Positions 63,305-64,000 of a DNA stretch of 64,000 bases are shown piece after piece (the stretch's first letter is position 1; the number at the start of each line of letters is the position of its first letter). The stretch lies in contig CACZZG010000010.1 in the NCBI GenBank assembly GCA_902785645.1, forward strand, positions 2,279 through 66,278, read 5' to 3'. Position numbers and translations under genes: made by a program. This stretch comes from an uncultured Erysipelotrichaceae bacterium. GTDB lineage: Bacteria; Bacillota_I; Bacilli_A; RFN20; CAG-826. Under the pieces are notes generated by a model. The model was not told the DNA's origin, did no database searches, and saw only the letters and a list, made by a program, of their open reading frames with translations.

Positions 63305-64000
63305 ATGTGGTACGAGACATTATACAAAGTATTAGACACAATTAATGTCGTAATCTTATACGTTATCGGTGTGCCATTTTTCTTGCAGCTCATCTATATG
63401 CTTTTGTTTTGGCTTCCTAAAAAGAAGTTTAAAAAGAGCACAAAAATCAATCGTATTGCGGTGGTGATTCCAGCGCATAATGAAGAAGATGTCATTTATG
63501 ACACAGTCAAAAGTATCATTGATAAACAACAATATCCACGCGAAATGTTTGATATTTATGTCATCGCGGATAATTGCACAGATAACACTGCGAAATTAGC
63601 GCGTGAAGCCGGTGCAAGAAAAGTCTATGAACACTTCGATGACAATCCTAAACACCGTATGGTGGGATACGCTTTGAAGTATGGATTTGAACTCTTATTA
63701 AAAGAAGGAATTGAATACGATTTCATTATTCGATTAGACGCAGATAATCATATCAATGATGAGTTCTTCTCCTTGATGAATGATGCCTATAATAGTGGGG
63801 CAAAAATCGCTCGACCATATGAATCCGCATTAAATATGACACAAAATGGTTTTACCAAAGCTTGTGGATTATATTACACGTTTGATTCGAGATGCTCATC
63901 TCGTGTCAGAGAAAGATTACATTTAGACGCACATGTTAATGGTCCAGGATCATTAACTGATTATCAAATCATCAAACGCATCGGTGGATATGACACAATG
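63305..64000 (+). CDS. GT2 family glycosyltransferase, partial, runs off the right edge
   Basis: Not in the ORF track. ATG 63305, N-terminal TM, then IAVVIPAHNEE, IADNCTDNT, LDADN. Confidence 0.88.
   Translation, partial: MWYETLYKVLDTINVVILYVIGVPFFLQLIYMLLFWLPKKKFKKSTKINRIAVVIPAHNEEDVIYDTVKSIIDKQQYPREMFDIYVIADNCTDNTAKLAREAGARKVYEHFDDNPKHRMVGYALKYGFELLLKEGIEYDFIIRLDADNHINDEFFSLMNDAYNSGAKIARPYESALNMTQNGFTKACGLYYTFDSRCSSRVRERLHLDAHVNGPGSLTDYQIIKRIGGYDTM

Overview
AT-rich chromosomal window of a low-GC Bacillota (Firmicutes) bacterium using the standard genetic code. An uncultured gut or rumen Bacilli lineage is my inference from gene style, not something demonstrated. In order, it contains: a galactoside-utilisation cluster (two GH2, GH36, GH13, galM, galK, two MFS transporters, a GT28-like protein); glyA; nucleoside salvage genes; pepT; prs-tgt-queA-queH; the S10-spc-alpha ribosomal protein superoperon; a truncated nucleotidyltransferase module; three lipoproteins; preTA; a GH3; a TrpXYZ-type ABC transporter; an HTH-M18 aminopeptidase fusion; cysE; and a partial GT2. 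The superoperon lacks rpmD, has K/E/A/P-rich extensions on several proteins, and has three lesions in rplC, rplR and rpsE that are probably assembly artefacts. The most notable unannotated signal lies upstream of the ABC transporter on the minus strand: a 19-aa leader peptide (MLRNAFYYFYSFYFPRDNQ) followed by mutually exclusive hairpins ending in an intrinsic terminator. This looks like a ribosome-stalling Phe/Tyr attenuator where a T-box riboswitch would normally be expected. I saw no rRNA, tRNA, CRISPR array or transposase. All calls are by eye, with no database searches or folding software.
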